A model generated the notes under the pieces. That model made no database searches. It was not told where the DNA came from and worked only from the letters and a program-made list of their open reading frames with translations. Below, piece by piece: positions 39,569 through 50,667 of a DNA stretch of 64,000 nt. This DNA comes from Bacteroidota bacterium. GTDB taxonomy: Bacteria > Bacteroidota > Bacteroidia > UKL13-3. Each line of letters begins with the position of its first letter. The stretch's first letter is position 1. The DNA lies in contig JAIYAT010000031.1 in NCBI GenBank assembly GCA_027488905.1, positions 36,748-100,747 on the forward strand, read 5' to 3'. Position numbers and translations under genes: made by a program.

Positions 39569-41011
39569 ATGAGAGATCAGAATTTTAACCGAACCAAAAT
39601 CATTGCCACCATCGGTCCGGCAACATCAAGTTATGAAAATTTAAAAGCCATTGTGCTTGAAGGCGTAGACGTTTGTCGCCTTAATTTTTCTCATGGCTCC
39701 TATGAAGATCATCAAGTTGTAATTGACAATATAAAAGCACTAAACGAAGAATTAGGCACGCATGTTTGCATGCTTTTGGATTTACAAGGCCCAAAATTAC
39801 GCGTTGGTGAAATGGAAAATGGTAAAATTCAATTGATAGAAGGAAGTCATATTGAAGTTACTACAGAAAAATGCATTGGCACCGCCGAAAAAATTTACGT
39901 AAATTTTGCAAACCTCCCTAAAGATGTAAATAAAGGAGAAAGGATTTTATTGGATGATGGAAAATTGGAATTGCGCGTAATTGAAACTAATAGAAAAAAT
40001 CTTATCAAAGCAGAAGTTGTGGTAGGTGGTTTCTTAACCAATAAAAAGGGATTTAACTTACCTAATACCAAAATGTCTATCCCATCTATGACTCAAAAGG
40101 ATCTTGATGATTTAAAATTTGGATTAGAACAAAAGGTAGAATGGGTTGCTTTAAGTTTTGTTAGAAACGCAGATGATGTAATTTTTATCAAAAATATTAT
40201 CGAACTCAACGAATGGAAACCGCGTGTGGTTGCCAAAATTGAGAAGCCAGAAGCAATTACAAATATAGATCAAATCATTCAGGTAGCAGATGGTGTTATG
40301 GTTGCTCGCGGCGACTTAGGCGTAGAAATGCCGATGGAGCAAGTTCCGGTTCTTCAAAAAACCATCGTAAAGAAATGTGTGGAGGCATCCAAGCCAGTAA
40401 TCATTGCCACTCAAATGATGGAAAGTATGATACTTAGTCCTGTTCCTACGCGCGCAGAAGTTAATGATGTAGCCAACGCAGTTATGGATGGTGCTGATGC
40501 CGTTATGTTAAGCGCTGAAACCTCTGTGGGAGCTTATCCAATTCAATGTGTGCGTGCTATGCAAAAGACAATTGCACAAGTAGAACAAAAAACAAATGCA
40601 CCTTATTTCAAAGGAAAAAGACCTGATGAAAATTCATCTACTTTTTTGTCTGATGAAATTTTGTTCACAGCAGTAAGAATCTCAGACCATTTAAAAGCAG
40701 CTGCCGTAGTGGGTATGACTTTCTCAGGTTACTCTGCTTACCGCTTGGCCGCATACAGACCTAAAGCACCAATTTTTATTTTCACAACCAATCCGCGCTT
40801 GCTTAACACACTTAGTTTGGTTTGGGGTGTAAGAGGATTCTTATATAGAGGCTTTGAAAGCACAGATCATTCCATTCAAGAAGTTAATGATAGTTTGCAA
40901 AAGTTAGGTTACATCAAACCTGGTGATTTAGTAATTAATACTGCGAGTATGCCAATTACCGATAGGTCTAGAACTAATGCGGTTAAGATTTCTGAAATTA
41001 AACAGCTTTAA
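39569..41011 (+). CDS. pyk: pyruvate kinase
   Basis: TKIIATIGP, RLNFSHG, MVARGDLGVE, ATQMMESM motifs. Confidence 0.98.
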   Translation: MRDQNFNRTKIIATIGPATSSYENLKAIVLEGVDVCRLNFSHGSYEDHQVVIDNIKALNEELGTHVCMLLDLQGPKLRVGEMENGKIQLIEGSHIEVTTEKCIGTAEKIYVNFANLPKDVNKGERILLDDGKLELRVIETNRKNLIKAEVVVGGFLTNKKGFNLPNTKMSIPSMTQKDLDDLKFGLEQKVEWVALSFVRNADDVIFIKNIIELNEWKPRVVAKIEKPEAITNIDQIIQVADGVMVARGDLGVEMPMEQVPVLQKTIVKKCVEASKPVIIATQMMESMILSPVPTRAEVNDVANAVMDGADAVMLSAETSVGAYPIQCVRAMQKTIAQVEQKTNAPYFKGKRPDENSSTFLSDEILFTAVRISDHLKAAAVVGMTFSGYSAYRLAAYRPKAPIFIFTTNPRLLNTLSLVWGVRGFLYRGFESTDHSIQEVNDSLQKLGYIKPGDLVINTASMPITDRSRTNAVKISEIKQL

Positions 41012-41042
41012 TTTTTTCTGAACTAAAAGGAGAATGCTTAGC

Positions 41043-41555
41043 ATGAGTGAAGTAGAATTGATAGAGAATAAGGTGGCAAATAGCGGCCTCATTACCCTTA
41101 ATTTAGAGGAGTTGTTTGACCCTACAGAAAGAAATATATTAGATATTGAACCTTGGCTTTTTAGAGGCCTAATCCTAAAAGAAAAGGAATTTAGAGAGCA
41201 TGTTAAATTACACAATTGGCAGCAGTACCAAGACAAATTTGTAGTTTTTGAGTGCAGTACAGATGCCATTGTACCTACCTGGGCTTATATGCTTCTTGGG
41301 GTTGCAGTTCAGCCTTTTGCCAAGCGTTATTTTTTTGGTTCATCAGAAAACTTAAATGTTTTATTGTACCAAGAAGCCATTGAAAAAATAGAGGCAAGTA
41401 ATTACCAAGATGCTCGAGTTATCGTTAAGGGATGCAGCGATATTCCTGTACCTGTAAATGCTTATGTGGCTATTACTGCTAAACTTTTACCAGTTGCCAA
41501 AAGTATTATGTATGGCGAGGCATGCAGCAATGTGCCAATTTATAAAAAGAAATGA
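41043..41555 (+). CDS. DUF2480 family protein
   Basis: NKVANSGLITLNLE, DAIVPTWAYML, KSIMYGEACS motifs. Confidence 0.85.
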   Translation: MSEVELIENKVANSGLITLNLEELFDPTERNILDIEPWLFRGLILKEKEFREHVKLHNWQQYQDKFVVFECSTDAIVPTWAYMLLGVAVQPFAKRYFFGSSENLNVLLYQEAIEKIEASNYQDARVIVKGCSDIPVPVNAYVAITAKLLPVAKSIMYGEACSNVPIYKKK

Positions 41556-42157
41556 AGTTAAAGTTAAGTCCAATTACAAACCTTTCTGACGCGCGTTTTG
41601 CAGCCGCCGCTGGTTTTCATTATATGGGTTTTTGTTTTGACCCAAGTGCTGTTGATTTTTTGTTGCCTATTAAAGCGAAGGAGATTTTAGAATGGACAAG
41701 CGGTTCGCATTGTGTAGGAGAATTTGGTGACCAATCGGCGGAGGAAATCCAAGAAATTAGTGAGCTATTGGGCGTTGATGTTATTTTATTAGACAATCAT
41801 ATTTTTCCAGATGAGTTTAGCCATTTCTCTAAGCCAATTATAAAAGTTATCGGTTTGAACCAAATGGATGAAGCGGCTGTCAAAAGAGAAATTGCGGCTT
41901 ATTCACCTTTTTGCGATGCCTTTCAACTCAATGCGCAAGGCATTTCTGTAGCCAACTTACTTTGGGTCAAACCGCTAACAGAAAGCCATAAAATAATAAT
42001 GAACGTTGGCAATGATGCAAGCGCTATCAATGAAATTGATTCATTAATTTCTCCGTTTGCCATGCATCTACAAGCTGCTACAGAAGAACAAACTGGCATG
42101 CGCGACTTTAGCGATTTAAACGCGCTTTTAGAAGCAATTGGTGCCACACAAGTTTAG
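41552..42157 (+). CDS. phosphoribosylanthranilate isomerase-like TIM barrel
   Basis: ITNLSDARFAA...MGF N-terminus of Bacteroidota stand-alone TrpF-like proteins. Confidence 0.65.
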   Translation: MKLKLSPITNLSDARFAAAAGFHYMGFCFDPSAVDFLLPIKAKEILEWTSGSHCVGEFGDQSAEEIQEISELLGVDVILLDNHIFPDEFSHFSKPIIKVIGLNQMDEAAVKREIAAYSPFCDAFQLNAQGISVANLLWVKPLTESHKIIMNVGNDASAINEIDSLISPFAMHLQAATEEQTGMRDFSDLNALLEAIGATQV

Positions 42158-42181
42158 TTGTATATTTTAGCCTTTCTTTGC

Positions 42182-43012
42182 ATGATGGATTTATTAGCAG
42201 GTGATTTTTATTCTTTAAAGGTGGAAGCTATTGAAGCTACCCAATATATTTTAACTGGAAATATTCCATTGGCCATAGACAAATCAACGCCTAAAGCTAA
42301 AATTGGTGAGGTTTTGCAGGTATTTTTATTTCATAATGGGCAAACAGAATTAGTGGCAACCTTGGTTCAACCCAAAGCAAAAGTGGGTGATTTGGTAACT
42401 TTAAAGGTTAAAGAAATAAGCACGGCTGGCGCTTTTTTAGATTGGGGATTACCTAAGGATTTATTGATTCCTAGGTCTTTTCATGAAGATGATTTGGAAG
42501 CAGGGGAATTATGTTTGGTTAAGGTGTTGCGTGATGCAAGGGATGGAAGAGTTTATGCCAAAGAAAAACTGGAAGGTGAAATTAGCAATGAAGTCTTGAC
42601 CGTTAAAGAAAAAGAATCGGTTGAAATGCACGTTTACAAGCAAACAGACATTGGCTACCAAATGATTATCAATGGCAAGCATTTGGGAATTCTCCATAAC
42701 AACGAAGTTTTCAAAGAACTATATGCCGGTGATAAGGTTTCTGGCTTAATCAAAAAAATTAAACCAGATAATAAGATTGATGTAGTGCTAGGAAAACTTG
42801 GGCACACTAGAGTAGAGGATGAGGCGCAAGTAATTTTAAATGCCTTGCAAGCCAACAAAGGCTTTTTACCTTACCACGATAAAAGTTCTGCAGAAGAAAT
42901 TATCAGGGTATTTGGCATGAGCAAAAGAACTTTTAAAATGACCCTTGGCGGATTGTACAAACAAAAGCGTATTGTACTTTCGGACGATGGAATTAGATTG
43001 GTTGGAAAATAA
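42182..43012 (+). CDS. CvfB family S1-domain RNA-binding protein
   Basis: GAFLDWGLPKDL, DKSSAEEI, FGMSKRTFK motifs. Confidence 0.9.
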   Translation: MMDLLAGDFYSLKVEAIEATQYILTGNIPLAIDKSTPKAKIGEVLQVFLFHNGQTELVATLVQPKAKVGDLVTLKVKEISTAGAFLDWGLPKDLLIPRSFHEDDLEAGELCLVKVLRDARDGRVYAKEKLEGEISNEVLTVKEKESVEMHVYKQTDIGYQMIINGKHLGILHNNEVFKELYAGDKVSGLIKKIKPDNKIDVVLGKLGHTRVEDEAQVILNALQANKGFLPYHDKSSAEEIIRVFGMSKRTFKMTLGGLYKQKRIVLSDDGIRLVGK

Positions 43013-43016
43013 TCAA

Positions 43017-44303
43017 TTATCCAACTGCCTTTTTAACGAGTTCGATTAAAGCATCTACCTCTTGGGTATTGTTATAAATATGTGTACTTACCCGCAAACT
43101 GTTGAGCCCATTTTCGTGTACTACTCTAATTCTAATTTTGTTTTCGGCGCAGGTTTTATAAAAATCATCTATTTCAACACCTTTTATTCTAAACCCATTC
43201 ACTGCGCAGCGGGAGGAAGCCTCGGTGGGGGTTAGCAACTCAACTTTGTTTCCACAGGAAAGCAGTTGTTCTTGCGTATATTTACCTAAATAGGCAATGC
43301 GTTCATAAATAGATTGCATACCAATGGTTTCTATAAATTGAATAGCAGCATCAACACCTTTATATAGTCCCAATGATTGTGAGCCTCCATAATAGCGGTG
43401 AGCACTGTCTGCGTAATCTCCAGTTTGAATAGGTTGGGTAGCCATATTCCATTTGGCATTATCGCTGCCGCCACCCACAAATTTTGCCTGCAAGGTGTTT
43501 TGAAACTCCTTTCTCACATACAAAAAGCCAGTCCCTTTGGGTCCAAGCATCCATTTATGAGAACACGAGGCATAAGCATCACAGCCCATGTCGTGTAAGT
43601 CAATTGGCATCATGCCTGGTCCATGCGCCCCATCAATAAATGCAAACAAGCCCATAGATTTGGCCCATTGGCAAATTTCTTTTGCTGGAAAAATTTGTCC
43701 TTGCGTGCAAGGAATATGCGGAAAGGCAATGGCCTTAGTTTTTTTTGTATAGGCCGCTTTAACATTGGCTAAAGTTTGCTCTTCTGTCTGGCCCGGGTTT
43801 ACTGCTTTTATAACTATGCCGTCTAATCTTTGGCGGGTAAGCCAAGGAAAGGCATTTCCCACATGTTCATGGGTGCTCATTATTACTTCATCACCACGTT
43901 TTAGTGGTAGGCCCCAACAAACAATGTTAATTCCGTCTGTTACATTTCTAGTTAAAGCAATTTCATTTTCATTTACCCCAACAAATTTTGCCAAAGTAGC
44001 CTGGGTATTTTCCCAACCGCCATAAGCGCCATTAACATCTCCTTCCATCATGCCTTTGTGCACCGCTTCTATTACAGAATAAGGTGAAGGTCCCATTGTA
44101 CCATTGTTTAGGTAAATACTATTTTTGTTTAAGGGAAATTGCGCCCTCACTTGCTGCCAAAATTTTTCGTCTGTTGCAGACACTGGTGTGGTTTGCTTGG
44201 CAAGGTTTGGGTAGCTTTGGCTTGAACTAAATTGAGGATATGCCAATACTCCTGCAAGACCAGCAGCTCCATTTTTAAGAAAATTTCTTCTTGAGGCACA
44301 CAT
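43017..44303 (-). CDS. class V PLP-dependent aminotransferase-like enzyme with a Tat signal
   Basis: SRRNFLK, YLNNGT, DGAH, SHKW.LGPKG, LRVSTHIYN motifs. Confidence 0.85.
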   Translation of the reverse strand: MCASRRNFLKNGAAGLAGVLAYPQFSSSQSYPNLAKQTTPVSATDEKFWQQVRAQFPLNKNSIYLNNGTMGPSPYSVIEAVHKGMMEGDVNGAYGGWENTQATLAKFVGVNENEIALTRNVTDGINIVCWGLPLKRGDEVIMSTHEHVGNAFPWLTRQRLDGIVIKAVNPGQTEEQTLANVKAAYTKKTKAIAFPHIPCTQGQIFPAKEICQWAKSMGLFAFIDGAHGPGMMPIDLHDMGCDAYASCSHKWMLGPKGTGFLYVRKEFQNTLQAKFVGGGSDNAKWNMATQPIQTGDYADSAHRYYGGSQSLGLYKGVDAAIQFIETIGMQSIYERIAYLGKYTQEQLLSCGNKVELLTPTEASSRCAVNGFRIKGVEIDDFYKTCAENKIRIRVVHENGLNSLRVSTHIYNNTQEVDALIELVKKAVG

Positions 44304-44389
44304 AATGCATTGATTTAAAGTACAAGGTATAAACTTTTTCTAATAATCGCTGCAATTCTCCTAATTTCGCCAACACTTTTGTGGCCGGA

Positions 44390-45472
44390 ATGAAAAACAA
44401 GTATCGGGTAATTGGGTTAATGAGCGGTTCTTCCATGGATGGGGTAGATATTGCTTGTTGCGAATTTGAGTTTTCAGCTGACAAATGGCATTGGAAAATT
44501 ATAGAAGCCAATACCATTCCTTATTCCGAACAATGGCGGGTGCGATTAGCTTACCTAAACCAACAATCTGCAGAAAACTTTCATAAAACACATGTTTTTT
44601 ATGGGCATTATTTAGGCCTATTGGTTAAAGATTTTATAACTACACATCAATTATCGGCAGATTTTGTGGCCTCTCATGGACATACAATTTTTCATAGACC
44701 AGAACTTGGTTATACAGCTCAAATTGGTGATGGGGCAGCTATAAGTGCCATGTGTGGTTTGCCTGTTGTATCTGATTTTAGGAGCATGGATTTGGCGCTA
44801 AAAGGGCAAGGTGCGCCACTTGTCCCAGTTGGAGATGTACTTTTGTTTGGCGAATACGACGCCTGTCTTAATTTAGGTGGGATTTCTAATATCTCTTACC
44901 AAAAAGATGGTAAGCTCATTGCTTACGATATTTCACCTTGCAATATTGTTTTGAACCGAGTAGCGCGCTGGCTAGGAATGCCTTATGATGCAGAAGGACA
45001 ATTGGCCGCATCTGCAGAAGTTGATCCAGATTTGTTAGGCGAACTAAATGATTTGCCATATTATTCTTATCAAGGTGCCAAGTCATTGGGTAGAGAATGG
45101 ATTAATGAAGAATTTTGGCCAGTGGTAAAAATGTACACTGATATTTCAGAAGCAGAAAAGATGGCCACTTTAAATTTTCATATTGCAAAGCAAATAGCAA
45201 ATATTGTTAATAGATTAGGTTTGAACCGAGTGTTGGTTACAGGAGGTGGAGCCTTTAATAAAACCCTATTAACAAATCTTGGTTCAAATAGTAATGCTAT
45301 ATTTGACGTACCTCAAGCAGAATTGGTGAATTTTAAAGAAGCCTTAATTTTTGCTTTTTTAGGAGTACTTAGAATTAGAAATCAAGAAAATGTATTGAGT
45401 AGTGTAACTGGCGCTAAACATAATCATGTGGCTGGTGCACTTTACGGAAATTTTAACTCACTTATAAATTAA
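44390..45472 (+). CDS. anmK: anhydro-N-acetylmuramic acid kinase
   Basis: GLMSGSSMDG, SHGHT, GQGAPLVP, NLGGISN, KEA motifs. Confidence 0.95.
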   Translation: MKNKYRVIGLMSGSSMDGVDIACCEFEFSADKWHWKIIEANTIPYSEQWRVRLAYLNQQSAENFHKTHVFYGHYLGLLVKDFITTHQLSADFVASHGHTIFHRPELGYTAQIGDGAAISAMCGLPVVSDFRSMDLALKGQGAPLVPVGDVLLFGEYDACLNLGGISNISYQKDGKLIAYDISPCNIVLNRVARWLGMPYDAEGQLAASAEVDPDLLGELNDLPYYSYQGAKSLGREWINEEFWPVVKMYTDISEAEKMATLNFHIAKQIANIVNRLGLNRVLVTGGGAFNKTLLTNLGSNSNAIFDVPQAELVNFKEALIFAFLGVLRIRNQENVLSSVTGAKHNHVAGALYGNFNSLIN

Positions 45473-45483
45473 ATAGAAGAAGT

Positions 45484-46719
45484 ATGCAATTACAAAAGCT
45501 GATTAAGAAATACGAAGAAAAACAGCCAGAGATTGTTTTTGAATGGAAAGACACTGAAACTGAAGCTGAAGGCTGGATTGTCATTAACTCATTAAGAGGT
45601 GGAGCTGCTGGCGGTGGAACGCGCATGCGTAAAGGCCTTAATAAACACGAGGTAACTTCTTTGGCTAAAACCATGGAAATTAAATTTACGGTTGCTGGTC
45701 CTGCAATTGGTGGGGCAAAATCTGGTATCAATTTCGACCCTTCTGATTCAAGAAAAAAAGGCGTTTTAGAGCGTTGGTATAAAGCTGTTGACCCTATTTT
45801 AAAAGCATATTACGGCACTGGCGGTGATTTAAACGTAGATGAAATTCATGAGGTAATTCCAATTACTGAAAAGAATGGCTTAATGCATCCGCAAGAAGGT
45901 GTGGTAAATGGACATTTTAAAGCAGATCCAGCTAGCAAAGCCGCCAGAATACAGAATTTAAGAACAGGCGTTTCTAAAGTAATTGCTGATGATAGATTCG
46001 TTCCTGTATTAGATAAAAATCTTTTGGTTGCGGATATGATTACAGGCTTTGGTGTTGCCGAAGCAGTGAGGCATTACTACAGCATTTGGGGCGGAAATGT
46101 TAACTACAAGCGAGCCATTATTCAGGGTTGGGGAAATGTAGGGGCAGCGGCTGCCTATTACTTAAGTTTATATGGTGTCTTAATTGTTGGTATCATAGAT
46201 AGAAATGGTGGTTTAATAAAGCCTACCGGTTTTAGTAAAGACGAAATCAAAGATTTGTTCTTAAGCAAACAAGGAAATACTTTGGTTCATCCAGAAATGA
46301 TGAGCTATGAAGAGGTAAATGAAAAGATTTGGGAGATAGGAGCAGAAATATTTGTTCCAGCTGCCGCTTCAAGATTAGTAACCAAAGAGCAGGTTGATAA
46401 AATGAAGGACAATGAACTAGAAGTTATTTCTTGTGGTGCCAATGTTCCTTTTGCAGATACTGAAATATTCCTTGGGCCGATTGCCAATTATACAGACGAC
46501 CAAGTTGCGATAATCCCTGATTATATTGCAAATTGTGGTATGGCAAGAGTTTTTGCATACTGCATGGGTGAGGAAAAAGTTGATTTAACAGATGAAGCAA
46601 TTTTTAAAGATGCTTCTAAAACCATTTGGCAAGCTTTGATGCGTTTACATCAATTTAACCCCAAGCACAAAGGTCTTTTGAAAAAAGGACTTGAAATGGC
46701 CATGATTAGTTTGGTATAA
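45484..46719 (+). CDS. Glu/Leu/Phe/Val dehydrogenase family protein
   Basis: GGGTRM, GGAKSG, QGWGNVG, CGAN motifs. Confidence 0.9.
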   Translation: MQLQKLIKKYEEKQPEIVFEWKDTETEAEGWIVINSLRGGAAGGGTRMRKGLNKHEVTSLAKTMEIKFTVAGPAIGGAKSGINFDPSDSRKKGVLERWYKAVDPILKAYYGTGGDLNVDEIHEVIPITEKNGLMHPQEGVVNGHFKADPASKAARIQNLRTGVSKVIADDRFVPVLDKNLLVADMITGFGVAEAVRHYYSIWGGNVNYKRAIIQGWGNVGAAAAYYLSLYGVLIVGIIDRNGGLIKPTGFSKDEIKDLFLSKQGNTLVHPEMMSYEEVNEKIWEIGAEIFVPAAASRLVTKEQVDKMKDNELEVISCGANVPFADTEIFLGPIANYTDDQVAIIPDYIANCGMARVFAYCMGEEKVDLTDEAIFKDASKTIWQALMRLHQFNPKHKGLLKKGLEMAMISLV

Positions 46720-46748
46720 GAAGTTATCTTATAGCTATATTCGAGGCT

Positions 46749-47837
46749 ATGGAGTTAGAGATATTTAAGTTTGATTTCTTAGGGAACAGTGTTCGTAATT
46801 GGGCATTGTGTTTAGGTATTTTAGCTGGCACTCTGGTGTTGAACCGACTGTTAGCTAAATTACTTTCGTTATTATCATATCGTTTTTTTAGAAAGTTTGC
46901 TAGACAGAATTTTTATGGCAAATTTTATGAATTGCTACACAAACCATTTATTATGTTGGTTAATTTAGTAGCACTTTATATTGCTTTTTACCGATTGGAT
47001 TTTCCAGCTGATTGGGAGTTTGCAAAAGTGGGTGAATTTGGTGTTAGGTGGATGATAAAAACTGGGTTTGTTATTGCAGTGATTTCTGCCATAACTGCTT
47101 TGTTTCTTAGAGGAGCGGAGTTTATGGAGTTTGTTTACCAAAACTTAGAAGATGCTTCGATATCACCAGATTTAGCTACTTTTATAAGAAGATTTTCGCA
47201 AGTTGGAATTTACATCAGTAGTTTTTTTATCATATTAAGTGAGGCCTTTCATGTAAACATTGCGGCGCTAATTGCTGGTTTGGGAATTGGAGGTTTGGCT
47301 ATTGCCTTAGCGGCTCAAGATACCCTTGCCAATTTGATAGGTTCGTTTATTATATATTTGGATAAGCCATTTAAAGTAGGAGAACTTGTAGAAATTGATG
47401 AAATTAAAGGGGTGGTTGAGAAGATTGGGTTTAGAACAACGCGTATCAGAACTTTAGATAGGTCATTATTAATAATTCCTAATAAGAAAATTGTAGATGC
47501 TAACCTTAATAATATCTCTCAAAGCAATCAGCGTAGAGTTAAGTTTAACCTAGAATTAACCTATCAAAGTAAGCCAAATGAGGTTTTGAATATAATTGAA
47601 GAGATTAAGCAAGCCATTCAGGCGGAGAATCCAGTAACAGCGCCTGAAATGACGGTTAGGTTTGCAGATTTTTCTAGTAGTTCGCTAGTGTTAATGGTCA
47701 TCTATTTTGTTAATTCAAATGACTACGAATTAATGATTGAGGTGAAGGAAAAAATCAATGTAAAAATTATGGATATTGTTGACCATTACGGTTGCGAATT
47801 CGCCTATCCAACACAAACCATTTATCTTCAAAAATAG
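46749..47837 (+). CDS. MscS family mechanosensitive channel
   Basis: GLGIGGLAIALAAQD..N, DKPFKVG, IPN, FAYPT motifs. Confidence 0.93.
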   Translation: MELEIFKFDFLGNSVRNWALCLGILAGTLVLNRLLAKLLSLLSYRFFRKFARQNFYGKFYELLHKPFIMLVNLVALYIAFYRLDFPADWEFAKVGEFGVRWMIKTGFVIAVISAITALFLRGAEFMEFVYQNLEDASISPDLATFIRRFSQVGIYISSFFIILSEAFHVNIAALIAGLGIGGLAIALAAQDTLANLIGSFIIYLDKPFKVGELVEIDEIKGVVEKIGFRTTRIRTLDRSLLIIPNKKIVDANLNNISQSNQRRVKFNLELTYQSKPNEVLNIIEEIKQAIQAENPVTAPEMTVRFADFSSSSLVLMVIYFVNSNDYELMIEVKEKINVKIMDIVDHYGCEFAYPTQTIYLQK

Positions 47838-47838
47838 G

Positions 47839-48660
47839 TTAAAAGTGTTTTACCCATTCACAAACAAGTTGGCTCAAAACGATTTCTGATTTAGCTGCTA
47901 CAGCAAGAATGTCTTCGAGTTTAGCAGGTTTTAGATTGTCTGGGTTACATTCATCTGTAAGCACCGAAATTGCGGCTACTTTCATACCCATGTGCACTGC
48001 GGCAATAACTTCTGGAACTGTACTCATGCCAATGGCATCAGCCCCAATTCTTTGTAAATATCTATATTCAGCGCGAGTTTCGAGCATAGGGCCGGTCATG
48101 GCAGCATAAACACCTTTTCTTAATTGTATTCCATTAGCCGATGCAATAGCCTCAAACGTTTGGTTCAAACCAAAATCATAAGGTGCGCTCATGTCTGGAA
48201 ATCTTGGTCCTAATTCCGAAATGTTTTTTCCAATTAATGGGTTTATGGGCAAAAGATTAATATGGTCATCTAGCAACATTAAATCCCCTTTGTTCCAAGA
48301 AAGATTGAGCAAACCTGCAGCGTTAGATAAGAAAATTACATTTATTCCAAGTAAGTGCATTACCCTAATAGGCAACACAATTTGTTCCATAGAATAGCCT
48401 TCATAAAAGTGGAATCGGCCTTGCATGGCCAATACTTTTTTACCCATTAGGTTGCCAAAAAGCAATTTGCCAGCATGAGATTCTACAGTTGAAACTGGAA
48501 AATGAGGAATATCTGCATAGGAAACACTTTTTTCAATATTTATTTTGGTTGCTAAATTCCCTAAACCTGTTCCTAGTACAATACCCAAAGTGGCGCCAGA
48601 TACCCCTTTAGAGACTAGGAAATCTGCTGCTATTTTTACTTTTTCTAAATCGCTAATCAT
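47839..48660 (-). CDS. punA: purine nucleoside phosphorylase
   Basis: VLGTGLG, GRFHFYEG, GMSTVPE motifs. Confidence 0.93.
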   Translation of the reverse strand: MISDLEKVKIAADFLVSKGVSGATLGIVLGTGLGNLATKINIEKSVSYADIPHFPVSTVESHAGKLLFGNLMGKKVLAMQGRFHFYEGYSMEQIVLPIRVMHLLGINVIFLSNAAGLLNLSWNKGDLMLLDDHINLLPINPLIGKNISELGPRFPDMSAPYDFGLNQTFEAIASANGIQLRKGVYAAMTGPMLETRAEYRYLQRIGADAIGMSTVPEVIAAVHMGMKVAAISVLTDECNPDNLKPAKLEDILAVAAKSEIVLSQLVCEWVKHF

Positions 48661-48743
48661 CTATCAATTATAAAGATTCTTGCAAATTGTAGCAACTGTA
48701 AATTTAGAGGCTCTCATACATTGCGCGCTTTAGAATAAGTGCT

Positions 48744-48751
48744 TATCTTTG
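48744..48751 (+). promoter_or_regulatory. -7 promoter element for purF
   Basis: TATCTTTG 10 nt upstream of the ATG. Confidence 0.55.
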
Positions 48752-48761
48752 TTTACTTTTT

Positions 48762-50657
48762 ATGAGTGATCCAATAAAACACGAGTGCGGTATTGCACTC
48801 ATACGCCTTTTGAAACCATTGAGCTACTATGAAGAAAAGTACGGCTCAGCGTTATATGGCTTAAAAAAATTATATCTATTAATGGAAAAACAGCACAACC
48901 GCGGCCAAGATGGCGCAGGGGTTGGCGCCATTAAGTTTGACCCAAGGCCTGGTGAAACATTTATTTTTAGGCAACGTGCTAATGGAAGCAATGCAATTGC
49001 CGAAATATTTGAAAAAATCTCTTCAAAAATTAGCAAATCTGGAACCAAAGAGCAAACCAAAAGTACAGCCTATTTAAAAAGCAATGCCCCTTTTATTGGA
49101 GAGCTATACCTAGGCCATTTAAGATACGGCACTCATGGTGGTAATAGCAAAGACCTTTGCCATCCGTTTATCAGAGAAAACAATTGGATGAGCAGAAATT
49201 TAATGCTTGCAGGGAATTTTAACCTAACCAATGTGGATGAACTTTTTGAGGTTCTTATTGATTTGGGTCAGCACCCCAGAGAAAGAGCTGATACTGTTAC
49301 CATGCTTGAAAAGATGGGACATTTTTTGGATGAAGAAGTGCAGCGTAATTTCACTAGGTTTAAACTAGAAGGACATTCTAATCAAGAAATTACTAGGTTG
49401 ATATCTGAAAATGTTAGTGTAGAGAACATCCTAAAAAGAAGTTTAAGAGATGCGGATGGTGGATATGTGATGGCAGGAATATTAGGGCATGGAGATGCTT
49501 TTGTGGTAAGAGATCCAAATGGTATTCGTCCAGTGTTTTATTACCAAGATGAGGAAATACTTGTTGTTACTAGCGAGAAGCCCGCTATCATGACAGGATT
49601 TAATATTCCATACAAAGCAGTAAAGGAAATTGGAATTGGAAATGCCTTAATCATTAAAAAAAGTGGCGAAATTGAAGAAGTAAATATTATGCCACCGGGA
49701 GAAAGAAAATCTTGTTCTTTCGAACGAATTTATTTCTCAAGAGGAAATGATAGAGAAATCTATAAGGAAAGAAAAATGCTTGGGCATCTATTGGCAACCA
49801 AAGTAATGGAAGCCGTTAAATATGATTTTGAGCATACCGTCTATTCTTATATTCCAAACACTGCGGCAGTTGCATTTTATGGCATGATGGATGGCATTCA
49901 TGAAGAGTTAAATAAATGGAAAGCCAATGAAATCAGTAAGCTCAAAGGTGACTTTTCTCCTGAGAATATTAAAAAAATCTTAGATGTGCTTCCAAGAAGA
50001 GAGCGAGTAGCCATTAAAGATGCGAAGCTTAGAACCTTTATTACAGATGATGCGCATCGAGAAGATATGGTTGCCCATGTGTATGACGTAACCTATGGTT
50101 TAATTCAGAATGAAAGAGATACCTTGGTAATCATTGATGATTCAATTGTGCGTGGTACTACTTTAAAGACAAGTATTTTGCGCATTTTAGACAGATTGCA
50201 TCCGAAAAAAATTATAATTGTTTCTTCCTCCCCTCAAATCAGATACCCTGATTGTTATGGTATTGACATGAGTCGCATGAAGGATTTTGTTGCCTTTCAG
50301 GCCATGGTTGCCTTATTAAAAGAAAACGGTATGGCAAGTCTACTGGATGAAGTTTACCAAAAGTGTAAAGCTCAAGAAAACCTTCCAAAAGAGGAAATGA
50401 TAAATTATGTGCAAGAGTTATATGCTCCTTTTTCTGACGATCAAATCAGTAAGAAAATAGCCGAGATAGTTACTCCTGAAGATATTTTTGCCGAGGTTGA
50501 GATAATTTATCAAAGCATCGAAAATCTGCACAAGGCTTGTCCAGAACATTCTGGTGATTGGTATTTTAGCGGAAACTATCCAACGCCAGGTGGCAACAAA
50601 GTGGTAACAAAGGCGTTCATTAACTACATGGAAGGAAATGCAGGAAGAGCATATTAA
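48762..50657 (+). CDS. purF: amidophosphoribosyltransferase (long Bacteroidota type)
   Basis: Propeptide followed by ECG; [31 protein letters not shown] motifs. Confidence 0.93.
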   Translation: MSDPIKHECGIALIRLLKPLSYYEEKYGSALYGLKKLYLLMEKQHNRGQDGAGVGAIKFDPRPGETFIFRQRANGSNAIAEIFEKISSKISKSGTKEQTKSTAYLKSNAPFIGELYLGHLRYGTHGGNSKDLCHPFIRENNWMSRNLMLAGNFNLTNVDELFEVLIDLGQHPRERADTVTMLEKMGHFLDEEVQRNFTRFKLEGHSNQEITRLISENVSVENILKRSLRDADGGYVMAGILGHGDAFVVRDPNGIRPVFYYQDEEILVVTSEKPAIMTGFNIPYKAVKEIGIGNALIIKKSGEIEEVNIMPPGERKSCSFERIYFSRGNDREIYKERKMLGHLLATKVMEAVKYDFEHTVYSYIPNTAAVAFYGMMDGIHEELNKWKANEISKLKGDFSPENIKKILDVLPRRERVAIKDAKLRTFITDDAHREDMVAHVYDVTYGLIQNERDTLVIIDDSIVRGTTLKTSILRILDRLHPKKIIIVSSSPQIRYPDCYGIDMSRMKDFVAFQAMVALLKENGMASLLDEVYQKCKAQENLPKEEMINYVQELYAPFSDDQISKKIAEIVTPEDIFAEVEIIYQSIENLHKACPEHSGDWYFSGNYPTPGGNKVVTKAFINYMEGNAGRAY

Positions 50658-50667
50658 AAAAGAAGGT

